The position numbers and the translations under genes are program-made. A DNA stretch of 64,000 nucleotides from an uncultured Acidobacteriota bacterium (lineage in GTDB: Bacteria > Acidobacteriota > UBA6911): positions 64,001 through 128,000 of the forward strand of contig CAWHCF010000010.1 of assembly GCA_963827655.1 (NCBI GenBank), in the 5' to 3' direction. The notes beneath the pieces were generated by a model, which saw nothing but the letters and a program-made list of their open reading frames with translations, was not told where the DNA came from and made no database searches. Below are positions 53,131 to 64,000 of this stretch, in pieces. Position 1 is the first letter of the stretch, and every line of letters starts with the position of its first letter.

Positions 53131-55278
53131 ATGAAGCTTGGGGACGGAATGTCCTACGAATTCGGTCTGTTCCGAATGGATGTTGCGGAGCACACGCTGC
53201 TGCGTGACGGCCATCCCGTGCAGCTCACGCCGAAAGTCTTCGATGTGCTCCGTGTGCTTGTTCAACACAGCGGCCATCTGGTTGAAAAGGAAACGCTACT
53301 ACGGGAAGTCTGGCCCGACTGTTTCATTGAAGAAGCTAATCTCAACCGGAGCATCTCGGTCCTCAGAAAAGCCTTAGGTGAGACTGCGGCGGGAAGCACG
53401 TTTATCGAAACGGTACCGAAGCGCGGATACCGTTTCACCGCAACGGTTAAAGTGGTCGGCAATCACGTCGACTCGATGGTGAAACCCGAAGGGCCAGCCC
53501 TCAGTTCCGTTCTAATTCCCGAGCTTGCTCCGCGCAACGAGACTGTCCGGATTTCCCGGCGCATTTCGGGTCCTGTTGTTGTTGTCGTTGCCTTATTCGT
53601 CGTCTGCGCTATTGCCTTTATCCCTGTACTAGTACCGCGTGTCTGGAAGAAGCCAGCTTCTGAAGTCCGCCTGAAGCAGGCTGAGTGGAAGCAACTTACC
53701 TCAGAGACTTTGGGCGCCATCAAACCGGTTTTTTCTACAAAGGGAAATATTCTCCACATCGCTAATGGGGCCATCCACGTCAGAGATGTCTCAGGGGACG
53801 GTCTCCTGCAGATTACCGAAGAGATTAATCCGAGTGGAGACATGCCTGTATTTACAGCCGATGGCAGCCATGTTGTCTTTTCGATGCCGCGGAGCGGGGC
53901 AGAAGGGAGTCGTTCTTATGACTTATGGATGGTTCCAAGTATTGGTGGCGCTCCGAAGCTTTTCATTCGCGGGGCCAGTGGCGCGGGGTTCTCTCCAGAT
54001 GGGAAGTGGGTCGCTTATACGAAATACCTTTCGTCCCGGACAGCTCTCTGGATCAGTAGCGCATCCGATTTGAATAAGAATAGTGAGGTGGCGAGTCCTG
54101 GTTTTGTACCGCGATGGTCACCTGACGGAAAGTGGCTCGTCTATACTAGCTGCGACCCGAATCGCGAAACGGGAAGCATCTGGATTTCGTCAATTTTATT
54201 TTCAGATGATGGGAAACTAACTCTGGGACAACGAAAGGAGTTGACTAGAGAGAAGGAGCGAATCTATGGCATGACGTGGACTGCGGATAGCCGCTCGATC
54301 ATTTACGCGGCGAGCCGTAATGGCCCATGGCATCTTTACAGGCTCTCGATTCTCGACGGCTCAGTGACGCCTGTAACTACGGGCATGGGCGATTACTCCT
54401 CCCCATCCATATCTCCCGACGGAAAGACGCTGCTCTGCTGGCATGGTATGCCCGTCATAAATCTGGTCACCCTCGATGGCCTGACAAGTTCCAAAGAAAC
54501 CCATAGCACTCAGGACGAATATCATCTCTGGCCCAGACTTTCTCCTTCGGCAAACCGAGTGGTCAGCGTCATGCGGCGGCCTGATTCCGATCAGCATCTT
54601 TATTTAACCGACCTCAAGACCATGAAACGCTTGCGATTGAGCGACCGCTCGGCCCGTCATCCCTGCTGGATAGATGAAGAAACCGTTGCTTACCTGGAAG
54701 ATACTCCTTCCGGAGATACAGAAGTTCGCGTAGCGAACATTGCTGCCGGCATCAGAACCTCGTTGACGCAGTTTTCTGGCACCGCTGTCTGGCTGGCGGT
54801 CGATCCGACCACCAAGAGACGAGTCGCCGTAGCGATGAAATCACCGGGCGGAATGCAGCGGATTGTGCTGCGAGATCTCGATAAGCAACAGGATGACCGG
54901 ATAGTTGTCCAAGGTGGGGAATATGAGCAACTCCGTTGGTCGCCTGACGGGTCAGCCATTTCATGGAGTGGAACTGAGCGCTCATCGAACGAGACAAACA
55001 ATGGCATCTGGGTGTTTGATCTTAGGAAGTCAGTACCCTATCGCCTAGTCGCAGACGGTTACGGGCCGGTATGGAGCAGGGACAGCTCCATTATCTTTTT
55101 TTCCAGGATCCGTGATTACTCTGGCTTGTGGTGCCTCGATTTAGAACAAAAAAGAGAGAGGCAGGTTCGCAGTTGGAGTGCCAGTTCCCGCCATGATTTC
55201 GATCTCGTGGGTGAGCGGCTGTTGCTTGCGTACGAAGCTGGGCGAGGTCAGGTCTATTCCATGTCTCTGGACCAGTAA
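53131..55278 (+). CDS. CadC/ToxR-like one-component regulator: winged HTH + TM + TolB/PD40 propeller
   Basis: YEFGLFRMD...LTPKVFDVL..LV...LLREVWPD...ISVLRKALG...IETVPKRGYRF; TM helix; SPDG repeats. Confidence 0.92.
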   Translation: MKLGDGMSYEFGLFRMDVAEHTLLRDGHPVQLTPKVFDVLRVLVQHSGHLVEKETLLREVWPDCFIEEANLNRSISVLRKALGETAAGSTFIETVPKRGYRFTATVKVVGNHVDSMVKPEGPALSSVLIPELAPRNETVRISRRISGPVVVVVALFVVCAIAFIPVLVPRVWKKPASEVRLKQAEWKQLTSETLGAIKPVFSTKGNILHIANGAIHVRDVSGDGLLQITEEINPSGDMPVFTADGSHVVFSMPRSGAEGSRSYDLWMVPSIGGAPKLFIRGASGAGFSPDGKWVAYTKYLSSRTALWISSASDLNKNSEVASPGFVPRWSPDGKWLVYTSCDPNRETGSIWISSILFSDDGKLTLGQRKELTREKERIYGMTWTADSRSIIYAASRNGPWHLYRLSILDGSVTPVTTGMGDYSSPSISPDGKTLLCWHGMPVINLVTLDGLTSSKETHSTQDEYHLWPRLSPSANRVVSVMRRPDSDQHLYLTDLKTMKRLRLSDRSARHPCWIDEETVAYLEDTPSGDTEVRVANIAAGIRTSLTQFSGTAVWLAVDPTTKRRVAVAMKSPGGMQRIVLRDLDKQQDDRIVVQGGEYEQLRWSPDGSAISWSGTERSSNETNNGIWVFDLRKSVPYRLVADGYGPVWSRDSSIIFFSRIRDYSGLWCLDLEQKRERQVRSWSASSRHDFDLVGERLLLAYEAGRGQVYSMSLDQ

Positions 55279-55509
55279 CCCGGAGTGACCCATCATAGCA
55301 AAGCGGCTGTGTACGATCTTCAACCTGATATCCGACTGTATGATAACGAGCGCGTCTCGGCGCGACTGTCATCAAGAACCTCTCTGGGCGCGGCACAGGC
55401 TGGAGCAGTGGTAATCGGATTTGACGTAATGAGTCACATGTCTGGCTAAGGGTGCGGCGGAAGAACGCGTGGGAGCAGGTCACGGCCGCCGGGGCCGGTC
55501 TCCCGCCCT

Positions 55510-56872
55510 TCAGGCCGGCGGCGTTAACCTCTTTACTTCGCCGACAAGCTCGGCGACCGGCTCTCCCGTGGTGTCGTTCACGGAATTGGCAATTTTCACG
55601 GGCCGGCCGATCGGGTGCATGTACTCCTTGTGCCAATCGATGCCGAATGCCTTGTACACCGTGGCGAACAGGTCCCCGATGGTCGTCCTGCGGCCGTCGG
55701 CGAGGTAGGCGCCGCGCTCGTCGCTCTTGCCAATGACCTGTCCTCCGCGGATCCCGCCTCCTCCTATCGCGAGCGACCAGCAGTGAGACCAGTGATCGCG
55801 CCCGGCCGCCGGATTCAGGAAGGGCGTGCGGCCGAACTCGCCCATGGCGAGCACGATCGTCGACTCGAGGAGCCCCCGGGCCTCGAGATCGTCGAGCAGC
55901 GTCGAAAGCGCCTGATCGAGCTGCGGCACGAGTTCGTCGCGGTGCTTCTTGTTGTTGTCGCCATGCGTGTCCCAGGCGTTGAACGGATATCCCGCGGCCG
56001 TGACGAAGCGGCTTCCGGCCTCGACCAGCCGGCGCGCCAGAAGCACGCTCTGGCCGAAGCCGTTGCGTCCGTACTGCATCCCGAACCTTGTCCGGCTCCT
56101 CGGCGATGTCGAACGCCTTCCTGACCTCGGGGGCGAGGATCATCGCGCGCGCCTGGTCGGTGAAGGCGTCCGTCGGGCTCTGTTCGGCGGCCTGGACCCG
56201 CTCACGGTAGAGGCGATCGACGATCCTGAGGAACCCGCGCCGGTCCTCGAGCCGTTCGACGGTGATGGACTTCGGCAGAACCAGGTCGGGTGGCCGGAAG
56301 TCCTTCGCGCTGGGATCCGGAATCACCAGCGGATCGCACTCTGCCCCGAGAAAGGCCGCCCGGAATGATTCCTCATACTGCCGCTGGCTCTCCCACTGCG
56401 GCGCCAGGACGTGCGGAGGCACGGCTCCCCGCGCGCCCAGTTCCTTGGTGATCACCGCCCCGAAACTCGGGAATTCCATGGCCGGATTGGGGCGGTGGCC
56501 CGTAAGGGCATAGTAGGTAGCCTGGGGATGATTGTTCTCTTCCGTGTACATCGAACGGATCAGCGCCAGCTTGTCCATACGCCGCGCGACACGCGGCATC
56601 AGCTCGGACACCTGAATGCCTGGTACGTTGGTCGAGATCGGGTGGAACGGGCTGCCCGGCTTCGGATCCCACGTGTCCATCTGGCTGGGACCACCCTCCA
56701 GCCACAGAAGGATACAGGCCTGCGCCTTCCCGCCAGGGGAGCCCAAAGCGTGCCGCAATTGAAGGTACTGGCCCAGGCTGATTCCGAGAAACCCAAGCGA
56801 GCCGACACGCAGGAAGTCGCGCCGGCCCAGGCTTTCTGTAGTGCAGTGGAGACATCCAGTTTGCATCGACAT
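55510..56872 (-). CDS. DUF1501 family protein (Tat signal; frameshift ~56080)
   Basis: GRRDFLR, ILLWLEGGPSQMDTWDPK, YGRNGFGQSVLLARRLVEAG, WDTH, MGEFGRTP, GRDHW. Confidence 0.92.
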
Positions 56873-56874
56873 CC

Positions 56875-59373
56875 TCAATGATTGTGCGTGAATTCCTCGG
56901 AGCTCAGGATCGCCCAAAGGAGATCTTCGACCGCCTGCCGCCGGGACGTGCGGCGCGTCGCCGCCTCGAGAGCCGCCTCGAGTTCGCCGAGCTCGCGCGT
57001 GTCCGGCCGCCGGGAGAGTGCCGCGAGATAGAGCTCGTGGATCATCTCACGGCTGGAGACACGACTCCTGACGAGTCGATCCACTCGACCGCCGTCGGCG
57101 GCAAGCTTATCGGTATAGGTTTCGCCCGCGAGCTGGTGGAGCGTCTGACCCAGGCTGGGCTTGGCGCTGCGCTCCGGCAGGGTTGCGCGGCTCGGGCGGC
57201 CATGCAGCTCGAGGAACCGGCAGGGATACATGTCGGGCTCGTCCAGTTCGATCGCGCGCGTGCCCGGCGGCGCCATGCCCCCGTTCGGGAGCTTGAAGAC
57301 CTCCGTGGTTTCGGTCACGCGCGAGACGGCATCGAGCAGGATCTCGGCGTCGAGCCGACGCGGAAGCGCGCGGCTATAGTTAATCTTGTCGTCGCGGTTG
57401 GTTTCGTTGGGCGCGCTCGAGAGCTGGTACGTCCGGGACGAAACGATCCGCCGCATGAGGTGCTTGAGATCGTACCTGTGGCTGCGGAAATCCTCGGCCA
57501 GCGCGGCGAGCAGCTCCGGATGCGTTGCCGGATTGCCTGGCCGGAAATCATCGACGGGGTCGACGATGCCCCGGCTGAAGAAGTGGCTCCAGATCCGGTT
57601 CGCAGCCGCCTCGGCAAAATACGGGTGCGCGGTGACCCAGCGGGCCAGAGCCCGCCGGGGGTCCTTCCGTTGCTCGGCCGGCAGCGCGGTACCATCAAGA
57701 AATGCCGGCTCGACCTCGTGGCTCGTCCGGGGATTCATCACCCTGCCCATGTTCCCGCGCCGGCTGTACCCGTCGGCGTCATCGGCGACGATGGTCTCGA
57801 CCCCGATGTCGCCATACCAGTAGAACGTGAGGCGGCGGAAGAAGGCTGCCAGGCCCCAGAACTGGTTTTGAGTCCAGTTTTCGAACGGATGATCGTGGCA
57901 TTGCGCGCAGTCCATCCGGCGGCCCAGAAACGCGCGTACCTGCTCCGACGCGGCGTCCTGGGGCAGCGGAGGCTGCAGGATTGGAAGATAATGCCGGGAC
58001 GGCCCGTCATACCCCTGCGCCGCAATGCGTTCGCCGGCGATCTCGTCGTACGGCCGGTTCTCGGCGATGGCGCGCCGCAACCACTCGCCGTATGCCTGGC
58101 TGTATTTGGGATTGCCGCCATTCGGGTGCAGAGCGACGCGGAAAAGGTCGCCGAAGCGGAACGTCCAGTAGTCGACATACTCCGGCGTCTCGAGCAGGCG
58201 ATCGACCAGTTTCTCGCGCTTCCGCGGGTCGCGGTCGGCCAGAAACTCGTCGACGCGTTCATGTGGAGGCAGCGTTCCTGTCAAATCGAGGCAGACCCGC
58301 CGGAGGAACTCCGCGTCGCTCGAAAGCTCGGACGGCAGGATATGAAGCTTCCGGAGCTTTCCGAACACGAATTCGTCGATGAAGTTCCGTTGCTCGACCT
58401 CCGGGTAGCGCGCCAGCGCGCGCGGGATCACGGCGATCCGCGCCGTCGCAACTTTCCCCGGCGCGCGCACGAGGACCGCCGCTTCGCCTGGCCGCCGGGC
58501 CTCGGCACGCCCCCGCTCATCAATTGTGAGAACTTCGGGATTGAGGGATTCATACAGGACGGATTCCGTCACGTCCTGCCGCCCGCCGCCGGCAAGATGC
58601 GCAGTCACGATCATCTGCTGTTTCGAGCCGGTCAGCATCACGGCGTCGCGCGGGAACGGCTCGACCCGTTCCACCCGCGGGCTCTCATCGGTATACGGAG
58701 CGCCGTTGGCGATCCATTCGGCGAGCGTCTTGTAGTCTCGCGAGCCGGGCTCGATGCGGTAGCCGCCGCCGTGAGTTACGGCAAATGTCGGCTTCATCAG
58801 AAGCAGGCTCTTGCCCGGCTCACTCGGGTTCACGCGGGGCAAGATCGGCGGGGCCACAGCGTCGGTGAGGACCTGGTAGGTTCCGCCTTTGACAATCCAG
58901 CGGTAGTCCTCGCGAGGGTCGCTGCCGTGGAGCGAAAGCTTCAATCCGCCCCGCCCCTTCACTCCGCCGTGGCAGCCGGAGCCGTTACAGCCATTGCGGG
59001 TCAAGACCGCTTCGACGTCCCAGGCAAACGTCGAGGCGCGCGGGAGGCGGACATCGCGAACCCGCACGGTTGCTTCCGCAACGCCTCCCTGGTAATCGAC
59101 CCGCAGGATCGCGTCGCCATCAGCGAGCGCGGTCACACGGCCCTCGAGGTCCACCACAATCGTAGAAGTATTTTTCGTCGTGAAGCGGCACTGGGAGGTA
59201 ACGTCGCGTTCGAGACCGTCGACGCCCTTCGCAAGCGCCACGAACCGCTGCGTGGCGGCGGCGCCCGACAGAGTCGTTTCGGCGGGAACCAGGCGGAGCG
59301 CGGGAGGGGCCGCGGCTACAAGCGGACCACTTCCGACGACAGCCAGCAGGATCAGGCGCAAGCCAAATTTCAT
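56875..59373 (-). CDS. DUF1549/DUF1553 protein with Ig-like domains and CxxCH motifs
   Basis: GCNGSGCHG, NFIDEFV, FLRRVCLDLTG, MDCAQCHDHPF, NRIWSHFFSRGIVDPVDD, HPELL, EDLLWAILSSEEF. Confidence 0.92.
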   Translation of the reverse strand: MKFGLRLILLAVVGSGPLVAAAPPALRLVPAETTLSGAAATQRFVALAKGVDGLERDVTSQCRFTTKNTSTIVVDLEGRVTALADGDAILRVDYQGGVAEATVRVRDVRLPRASTFAWDVEAVLTRNGCNGSGCHGGVKGRGGLKLSLHGSDPREDYRWIVKGGTYQVLTDAVAPPILPRVNPSEPGKSLLLMKPTFAVTHGGGYRIEPGSRDYKTLAEWIANGAPYTDESPRVERVEPFPRDAVMLTGSKQQMIVTAHLAGGGRQDVTESVLYESLNPEVLTIDERGRAEARRPGEAAVLVRAPGKVATARIAVIPRALARYPEVEQRNFIDEFVFGKLRKLHILPSELSSDAEFLRRVCLDLTGTLPPHERVDEFLADRDPRKREKLVDRLLETPEYVDYWTFRFGDLFRVALHPNGGNPKYSQAYGEWLRRAIAENRPYDEIAGERIAAQGYDGPSRHYLPILQPPLPQDAASEQVRAFLGRRMDCAQCHDHPFENWTQNQFWGLAAFFRRLTFYWYGDIGVETIVADDADGYSRRGNMGRVMNPRTSHEVEPAFLDGTALPAEQRKDPRRALARWVTAHPYFAEAAANRIWSHFFSRGIVDPVDDFRPGNPATHPELLAALAEDFRSHRYDLKHLMRRIVSSRTYQLSSAPNETNRDDKINYSRALPRRLDAEILLDAVSRVTETTEVFKLPNGGMAPPGTRAIELDEPDMYPCRFLELHGRPSRATLPERSAKPSLGQTLHQLAGETYTDKLAADGGRVDRLVRSRVSSREMIHELYLAALSRRPDTRELGELEAALEAATRRTSRRQAVEDLLWAILSSEEFTHNH

Positions 59374-59377
59374 CTCC

Positions 59378-61177
59378 TCAACTCCCAGCGCGGACGACCA
59401 TCAGTAGAAGCTCGTGCACCGTAATGGTAGCACCCAGCCGGCCACGCACGACCGGTGTCGCCTTGAGGCGCACGGTCGCAGGCAGCCTGGTCTCGGCCGC
59501 ATCGGGGCGCGCCACGAACAGCATCGTCGCGGTGCGGGCGACCGGCCGGTAGCGCTCCTTTTTGCCTTCGTCGATGACACCCGGACGTTCGGGCTCGACC
59601 TCGGTGGCCGGGAGCGCATCGACGCCGGCGGGCAGCCCTTCGACCGTGAGGGCGACCTCTCCATCATATCCTTCTTCCTGCTCAGTCAATACCGTGACCT
59701 TCTTCGCCTGGCCAGGCTCGAGGTTCAGCCGATCGGCCTCGCGTCCCCGTCTCACGTTGCCATCGGTGAGGGGCTGGAAACCGAGTCCCGCCTCCACCCT
59801 TCCCATATGGGGCAACTGTCGCCGCACCAGAACGCGGTAGCGGAAGTCCGGGCCGCCGTGGCGTGCGGTGACCTCTTCGATGCGCAAGCGATACTCGCCG
59901 CCCCGCTCGAAGCTCGCGGTGACTTTGGGTTCGATCGTCTTCTCGATGAATTCGCCGCTTCCCTGGACATAGGCGTATACGTTGTTGACCAGTTCACGGC
60001 CGCCCGCGTCGACGACCGCAACGCGCGGCGTGAAGAGCGGCGCCGGCCGCTCGGAGGTCTCGATTTCGAAGGCCAGCCGGGCACCGTCGGTGATACCGAA
60101 GCGGAACCAGTCGACGTCTCCCGGCCGGTCGATAGCGCCCTCGATGAGCGATGGCACTGCGGATTCGAGCGCCTCCTGCTCGCCGTCGTTCGGTTCCCGC
60201 TCCGGAATCCGGACGAGCGCGGGTCTCTCCGCGTCGGACGGCGCCTCTTTCGCCGGTGGAGCCGCGACGGTCCGCGAAGCGACGAGGTCGAGCCGGTCCA
60301 GATCCAGACGGCGAGTGAAGCTCCGCTCGTCCCATCGTCCAGGGTTCGGATGCGCCAGGAGCGGATCCGAGAAGCAAGGCGCCGCTGGTAGTGCGACCCG
60401 CAGCAAGTAACAGTAGTCCGGGCCTCCGCGCCCGAGGAAGCTCGCCACTGACACGACGTAACGACCCGACTTTGCGAACCGGTGGGTCAAGTTCGGGTTC
60501 CTGTTGCGCGACGCGGTGTTCGACTCGTCAATATGGGCCAGGCTGCGCCAGCGCTGCGGATCGAACCAGCTGCCGGCCGGCTCGTAGATCGTAATCTGCG
60601 CGTCCAGGCGATCGGCCGCGACCACCTCGAACCGGAGCTCCTGTTGAGCGGCTGCCTCGAACACGTAGGAGTCGACCTCGCCGTCCTGCGCGATCCGGCC
60701 GCTGACGGCCGCCGGAACGCTGAGGCGGAGCGCCCTGAGATTCGCTTCCTGGGTTAACTGTGCCTCTTCGCCCGCCGGGTCGTCATGGACCACGAACGAG
60801 ACGGCGTTCGACACTCCACGCGGCGACACCACGCGGACCGAGTGGACACCGAGGGCGGCTCCCGGAGCGAGCGCGAGCTCCGTGACAACCCGGTACGTCT
60901 TCGGTCGTTGCTTTTTGACATCCGAAGTTTCGACCGCCGGCAACTCCTCAACCGCGCGGATTGTCCCCTGCAGTTCAGGACAGTCCGTCCAGAGGGCATA
61001 AGCTCCTTCCAGGGCCTGGCCTCGAATCTCGCACTGGGCGGCACCGCCACGGCGAGCCCCGAGCGGTGCTATCGACGAGAGCTGGGGCTCCGGCGCCGGC
61101 GTCTGCGCTACCACGCAGATGCCTGACATGGCGAGGAGCGGCAGCAAGAGAAGGGTCGTCGCGAGCTTCATAATCAA
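59378..61177 (-). CDS. Secreted PPC (pre-peptidase C-terminal)/IPT repeat protein
   Basis: Signal peptide, PLGARRG, GRIAQDGEVDSY, EREPND, GAIDRPGDVDWF. Confidence 0.82.
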   Translation of the reverse strand: MIMKLATTLLLLPLLAMSGICVVAQTPAPEPQLSSIAPLGARRGGAAQCEIRGQALEGAYALWTDCPELQGTIRAVEELPAVETSDVKKQRPKTYRVVTELALAPGAALGVHSVRVVSPRGVSNAVSFVVHDDPAGEEAQLTQEANLRALRLSVPAAVSGRIAQDGEVDSYVFEAAAQQELRFEVVAADRLDAQITIYEPAGSWFDPQRWRSLAHIDESNTASRNRNPNLTHRFAKSGRYVVSVASFLGRGGPDYCYLLRVALPAAPCFSDPLLAHPNPGRWDERSFTRRLDLDRLDLVASRTVAAPPAKEAPSDAERPALVRIPEREPNDGEQEALESAVPSLIEGAIDRPGDVDWFRFGITDGARLAFEIETSERPAPLFTPRVAVVDAGGRELVNNVYAYVQGSGEFIEKTIEPKVTASFERGGEYRLRIEEVTARHGGPDFRYRVLVRRQLPHMGRVEAGLGFQPLTDGNVRRGREADRLNLEPGQAKKVTVLTEQEEGYDGEVALTVEGLPAGVDALPATEVEPERPGVIDEGKKERYRPVARTATMLFVARPDAAETRLPATVRLKATPVVRGRLGATITVHELLLMVVRAGS

Positions 61178-61774
61178 GGCTACATCGTACCCCGAAACAC
61201 TACGCCATGCGACTGCTTCTTTGGAGTGGCAAGCAAGCGTAGCACCTGGAGCTTGTAAATTGGGGCGTCCGATTTCCTAGGATGGATTGTCCGACCGGCG
61301 CACAGAGTTCAACGCGCGGCCCGAAGGAGCCGGTTCAGCAATTCGGTAAGTAACGTAATTTGGGCAGAGTGGTCGGAGTTGGCCTTGGCACCTCGCCCGG
61401 AGGAGCCGGACGGAAATTCAGCGCACGGCGCCAAGCGAAGCGCAGCCTGGGGTTTGGAGCGTATTATAGTCTGTTGCGCACAAGGAGCGCAGTGGCATTG
61501 ACCAGGCACGTCCAGGCCTCCGGTGGCGACGTGTCTTCGCCCGTGAGTGACGGGGGCAGGGAAAACCTCTAGCCCTCGCTAAGTTCTTTCGTGCACTCTG
61601 GGGGCCGCGAGCTTGGCGTACCCGTTCGTAATGGACCGATGCGAGTGCTTGTAACGGTCCAGAGCTTACGCACTACCGGCCCTTGGGTCTGGCGAAGCTT
61701 GCTTCGCCATCTCGTCGTCAGAAGTTTACGGTCAGCCCAGCTTTTTCCGCGCGAGATCCTCCAGGCGTACTTGC

Positions 61775-64000
61775 CTAGAACACAAATTTCATTCCCAGCT
61801 GCATCGAGCGCGCCGACCCCGCTGAGAAGATCTTGCCTGTATCCGAAACACCGATGGTCGTGTTGGGATTGTTCAGATTCACATGATTGGGCATGTTGAA
61901 CATCTCCCAGCGGAACTGCAGGAACTTGGTCTCTCTGATGTAAAAGTTCTTGGTCAAGCTCGTGTCGAGTACATGGATGCCCGGACCGTCGATAAGGCCG
62001 ATCCCGGAGCTGCCGAATGTGTAGAGCGGAGGGGCCGCCAGCGCCTGAGGATTAAACCAGAGACTGGCGCTCGGGTTGTCGACTTCGAGCTCCCCAACCT
62101 GGTTTGGACGTGTGTTCCTTCCGTTGCCAAGCGTAGCTCCCGGCGTGGTGAAACTCAGCGGCGATCCCGAAGTGAAATTGTAGATGCCAGCCAGCTGCCA
62201 GCCTCCGAGTATCCCGTTAACCACTGGATGGGCGTCACTCAGGAATTTCCTTCCCCTTCCAAAAGGCAGCTCATATATGCCGTTAATGGCCAGTATATGG
62301 GTGCGATCAAACGTCGAACGACCCCGATCATAGCCTTCCGGACCAAACGGCGTCGTTCCCGGGAAGTCATCAATGTGCTTGGAAAAGGCATAGGAAAGCA
62401 GGTACGAGAGCCCGTCGCCAAACCGTTTTTCCCATTTCAACTGAGCCGAGTTGTAATAGGAGTCGCCAATGTTGTCGTAGATGGTGACCTCTCCAAACTT
62501 TGGCCAGGGCTTGGCAGCTTGCAGATCTGTATACAACCCCGGTCGTACTTCGTTAAAAGTGGGAGAGCCGAATACATCGGCAGTACGGTTCCCAACGTAC
62601 GAGACCGTCACCGCAGAATCACCCGGCATGGTCTTTTGAATTGACACGTTCCACTGGTGCGACTTGTTACTCACGATATCCACGCCGGGCGCGACCACGG
62701 ACGGCGTCACAAAGGATTGTGGATTCTCCGGCCACGCGTTTTCCCAACGCTGCAACGAGGAAGCGCTCCAGCCTGTCGATTCAAAAGTCCAGTAGGGCGG
62801 TCCAATGATCGACGATGCCGTTCGATTGCCGCTAAAGCTGCTGGTAAAGATGCCATACCCGGCCCGCACGACCAGGCCGCTGCTTCCGCCCGGGCGCCAG
62901 GCTATGCCCAAGCGCGGCGAGAAGTAGCCATTGGCTTTGAACAAGCCCGCCGGGGCGTCGGCCTGCGAAGCCGGGATCCAGAGATCTTTCGTGGCCTCGG
63001 CCAGGAATGGAGCAACCGGCTGCGAAGTCAAATCAACCCGGCCATCCTTGTCCTCGCCCGCGATCGACTTTCCAAGCTTCACATCGAAAGTGGCTACGTT
63101 CCCGCGCACTGCTGCCTTGTCATGCCAGTAGTCCCAGCGGAGTCCCAGATTGACAGTCAAGTTCGGTGAGACGTGCCAGAAGTCCTGAACATACAGCGCG
63201 GAATAAGGGGAGTTTGCCATGCCAAAAGTCTGAATGGGGTAGTTTCTCGCGGAATTCTGTACCAGGCCCAACAAGTAATCGGCAAAGCCGTCACCCGTGT
63301 ACTGACCGTTAAAAGTAAACGTGCCTCTGGAACAGCAAGAACCATGCCGGCCATAGGTGGTGCGGTTATTGTATTCATAGCCGAGGTTCAGTGAATGCGG
63401 CCCCCGAACCATGTTCACACTGGCCTTTCCGCTCTGCGACTCGAACCACAAGCGTCCTGGTGTTCCCCAGGGAGCGCCAAACCCCTCGTATCCGGTAAAA
63501 CCGACTGTCGGTAAACCAATCATCTCCTCTCTTCCGGGTGATGGAAATCCCTGAATCCCAGCCTGCTCGGTGAGGTTTTCTGTTCCCGCCACCGGCGTGG
63601 TGAAAAGATTGAGCGAGCGAAGATAATTGGCTCCCACGGTGAAAAGCGTCGTTGAAGTCATGGCATAAGTGTAATTGAGGCCGACATTCTGCTGCTTGGT
63701 ACTGTTGTCCTGGGTAACATCCGGCCGGTATTGAGGCAAGATCGTGCGCAAAGTCGTTGATGACGTACCGCCCGTAGATTCTCTGTTTGTCTGTGAGTTG
63801 CTGGTCGACCCGAACCATGATTTCGTCGGTATCGCTTGGCTGCGAAGCGACCGCCCGGAAGCGGCCATCCGCCGAATTCGGCTGCAGAATATAGGGGAAA
63901 AAGAATTTCGCGGAGCTGACGATCCGATCCGCCGGAATGATATTGCCAGGAAAGGGCTGTCCGGTCAGAGGGTCTCGGATCTGTCTGCTCGATGACGAGA
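61775..64000 (-). CDS. TonB-dependent receptor, 5'-partial (frameshift ~63770)
   Basis: YVQDFW, NLGLRWDY, FSPRLGIAW, YELPFGRG, LQFRWEMFN..NHVN, C-terminal MKFVF. Confidence 0.92.

Noticed and set aside
55091-56080. Arg/Gly-rich tail of the 608-aa DUF1501 ORF
   Set aside because: Wrong frame after a frameshift; the true C-terminus is ORF 55510-56079.
56878-59424. 848-aa plus-strand ORF, and similar long antisense ORFs (45219-47006, 39648-41246, 15743-17137, 17621-19018, 7041-8240)
   Set aside because: Shadow frames opposite well-supported genes in GC-rich DNA; no recognisable motifs.
61178-61774. Small ORFs or an ncRNA in the 600-bp intergenic region
   Set aside because: No coding signature or known RNA motif apart from a degenerate REP-like stretch.

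Overview
GC-rich bacterial chromosomal window, most likely Acidobacteriota (inferred from an ADOP-type permease, four carboxypeptidase-regulatory-domain TonB-dependent receptors, a CRTAC1/TPR pair and a DUF1501/DUF1549-DUF1553/PPC cluster). Many otherwise intact genes have 1-bp frameshifts, probably long-read assembly errors. Contents in order: fused IS relics (integrase-type plus IS21), a PPi-type phosphofructokinase, a DUF2075 nuclease-helicase, several toxin-antitoxin loci of which only higBA is intact, a SufR-like regulator divergent from an SDR/QueA-like operon, an Omp85 plus partner operon, a GH143-like glycosidase, an M28 peptidase, two tandem paralogous TonB receptors, and a mirror-image signalling island (Ser/Thr kinase-ECF sigma / beta-helix protein / carboxylesterase / CadC-like regulator) whose two secreted proteins share an unnamed ~95-aa domain. 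A dispersed repeat (CACC-..-GAAGACRCGAAG) occurs at 11 gene boundaries, often beside accessory cargo. No rRNA, tRNA or CRISPR array was seen. Best novelty candidates: the shared-domain signalling island, the SufR-SDR-QueA-like module, and the repeat-marked hotspots holding toxin-deleted TA modules. Family calls come from motif recognition only; no searches were run.
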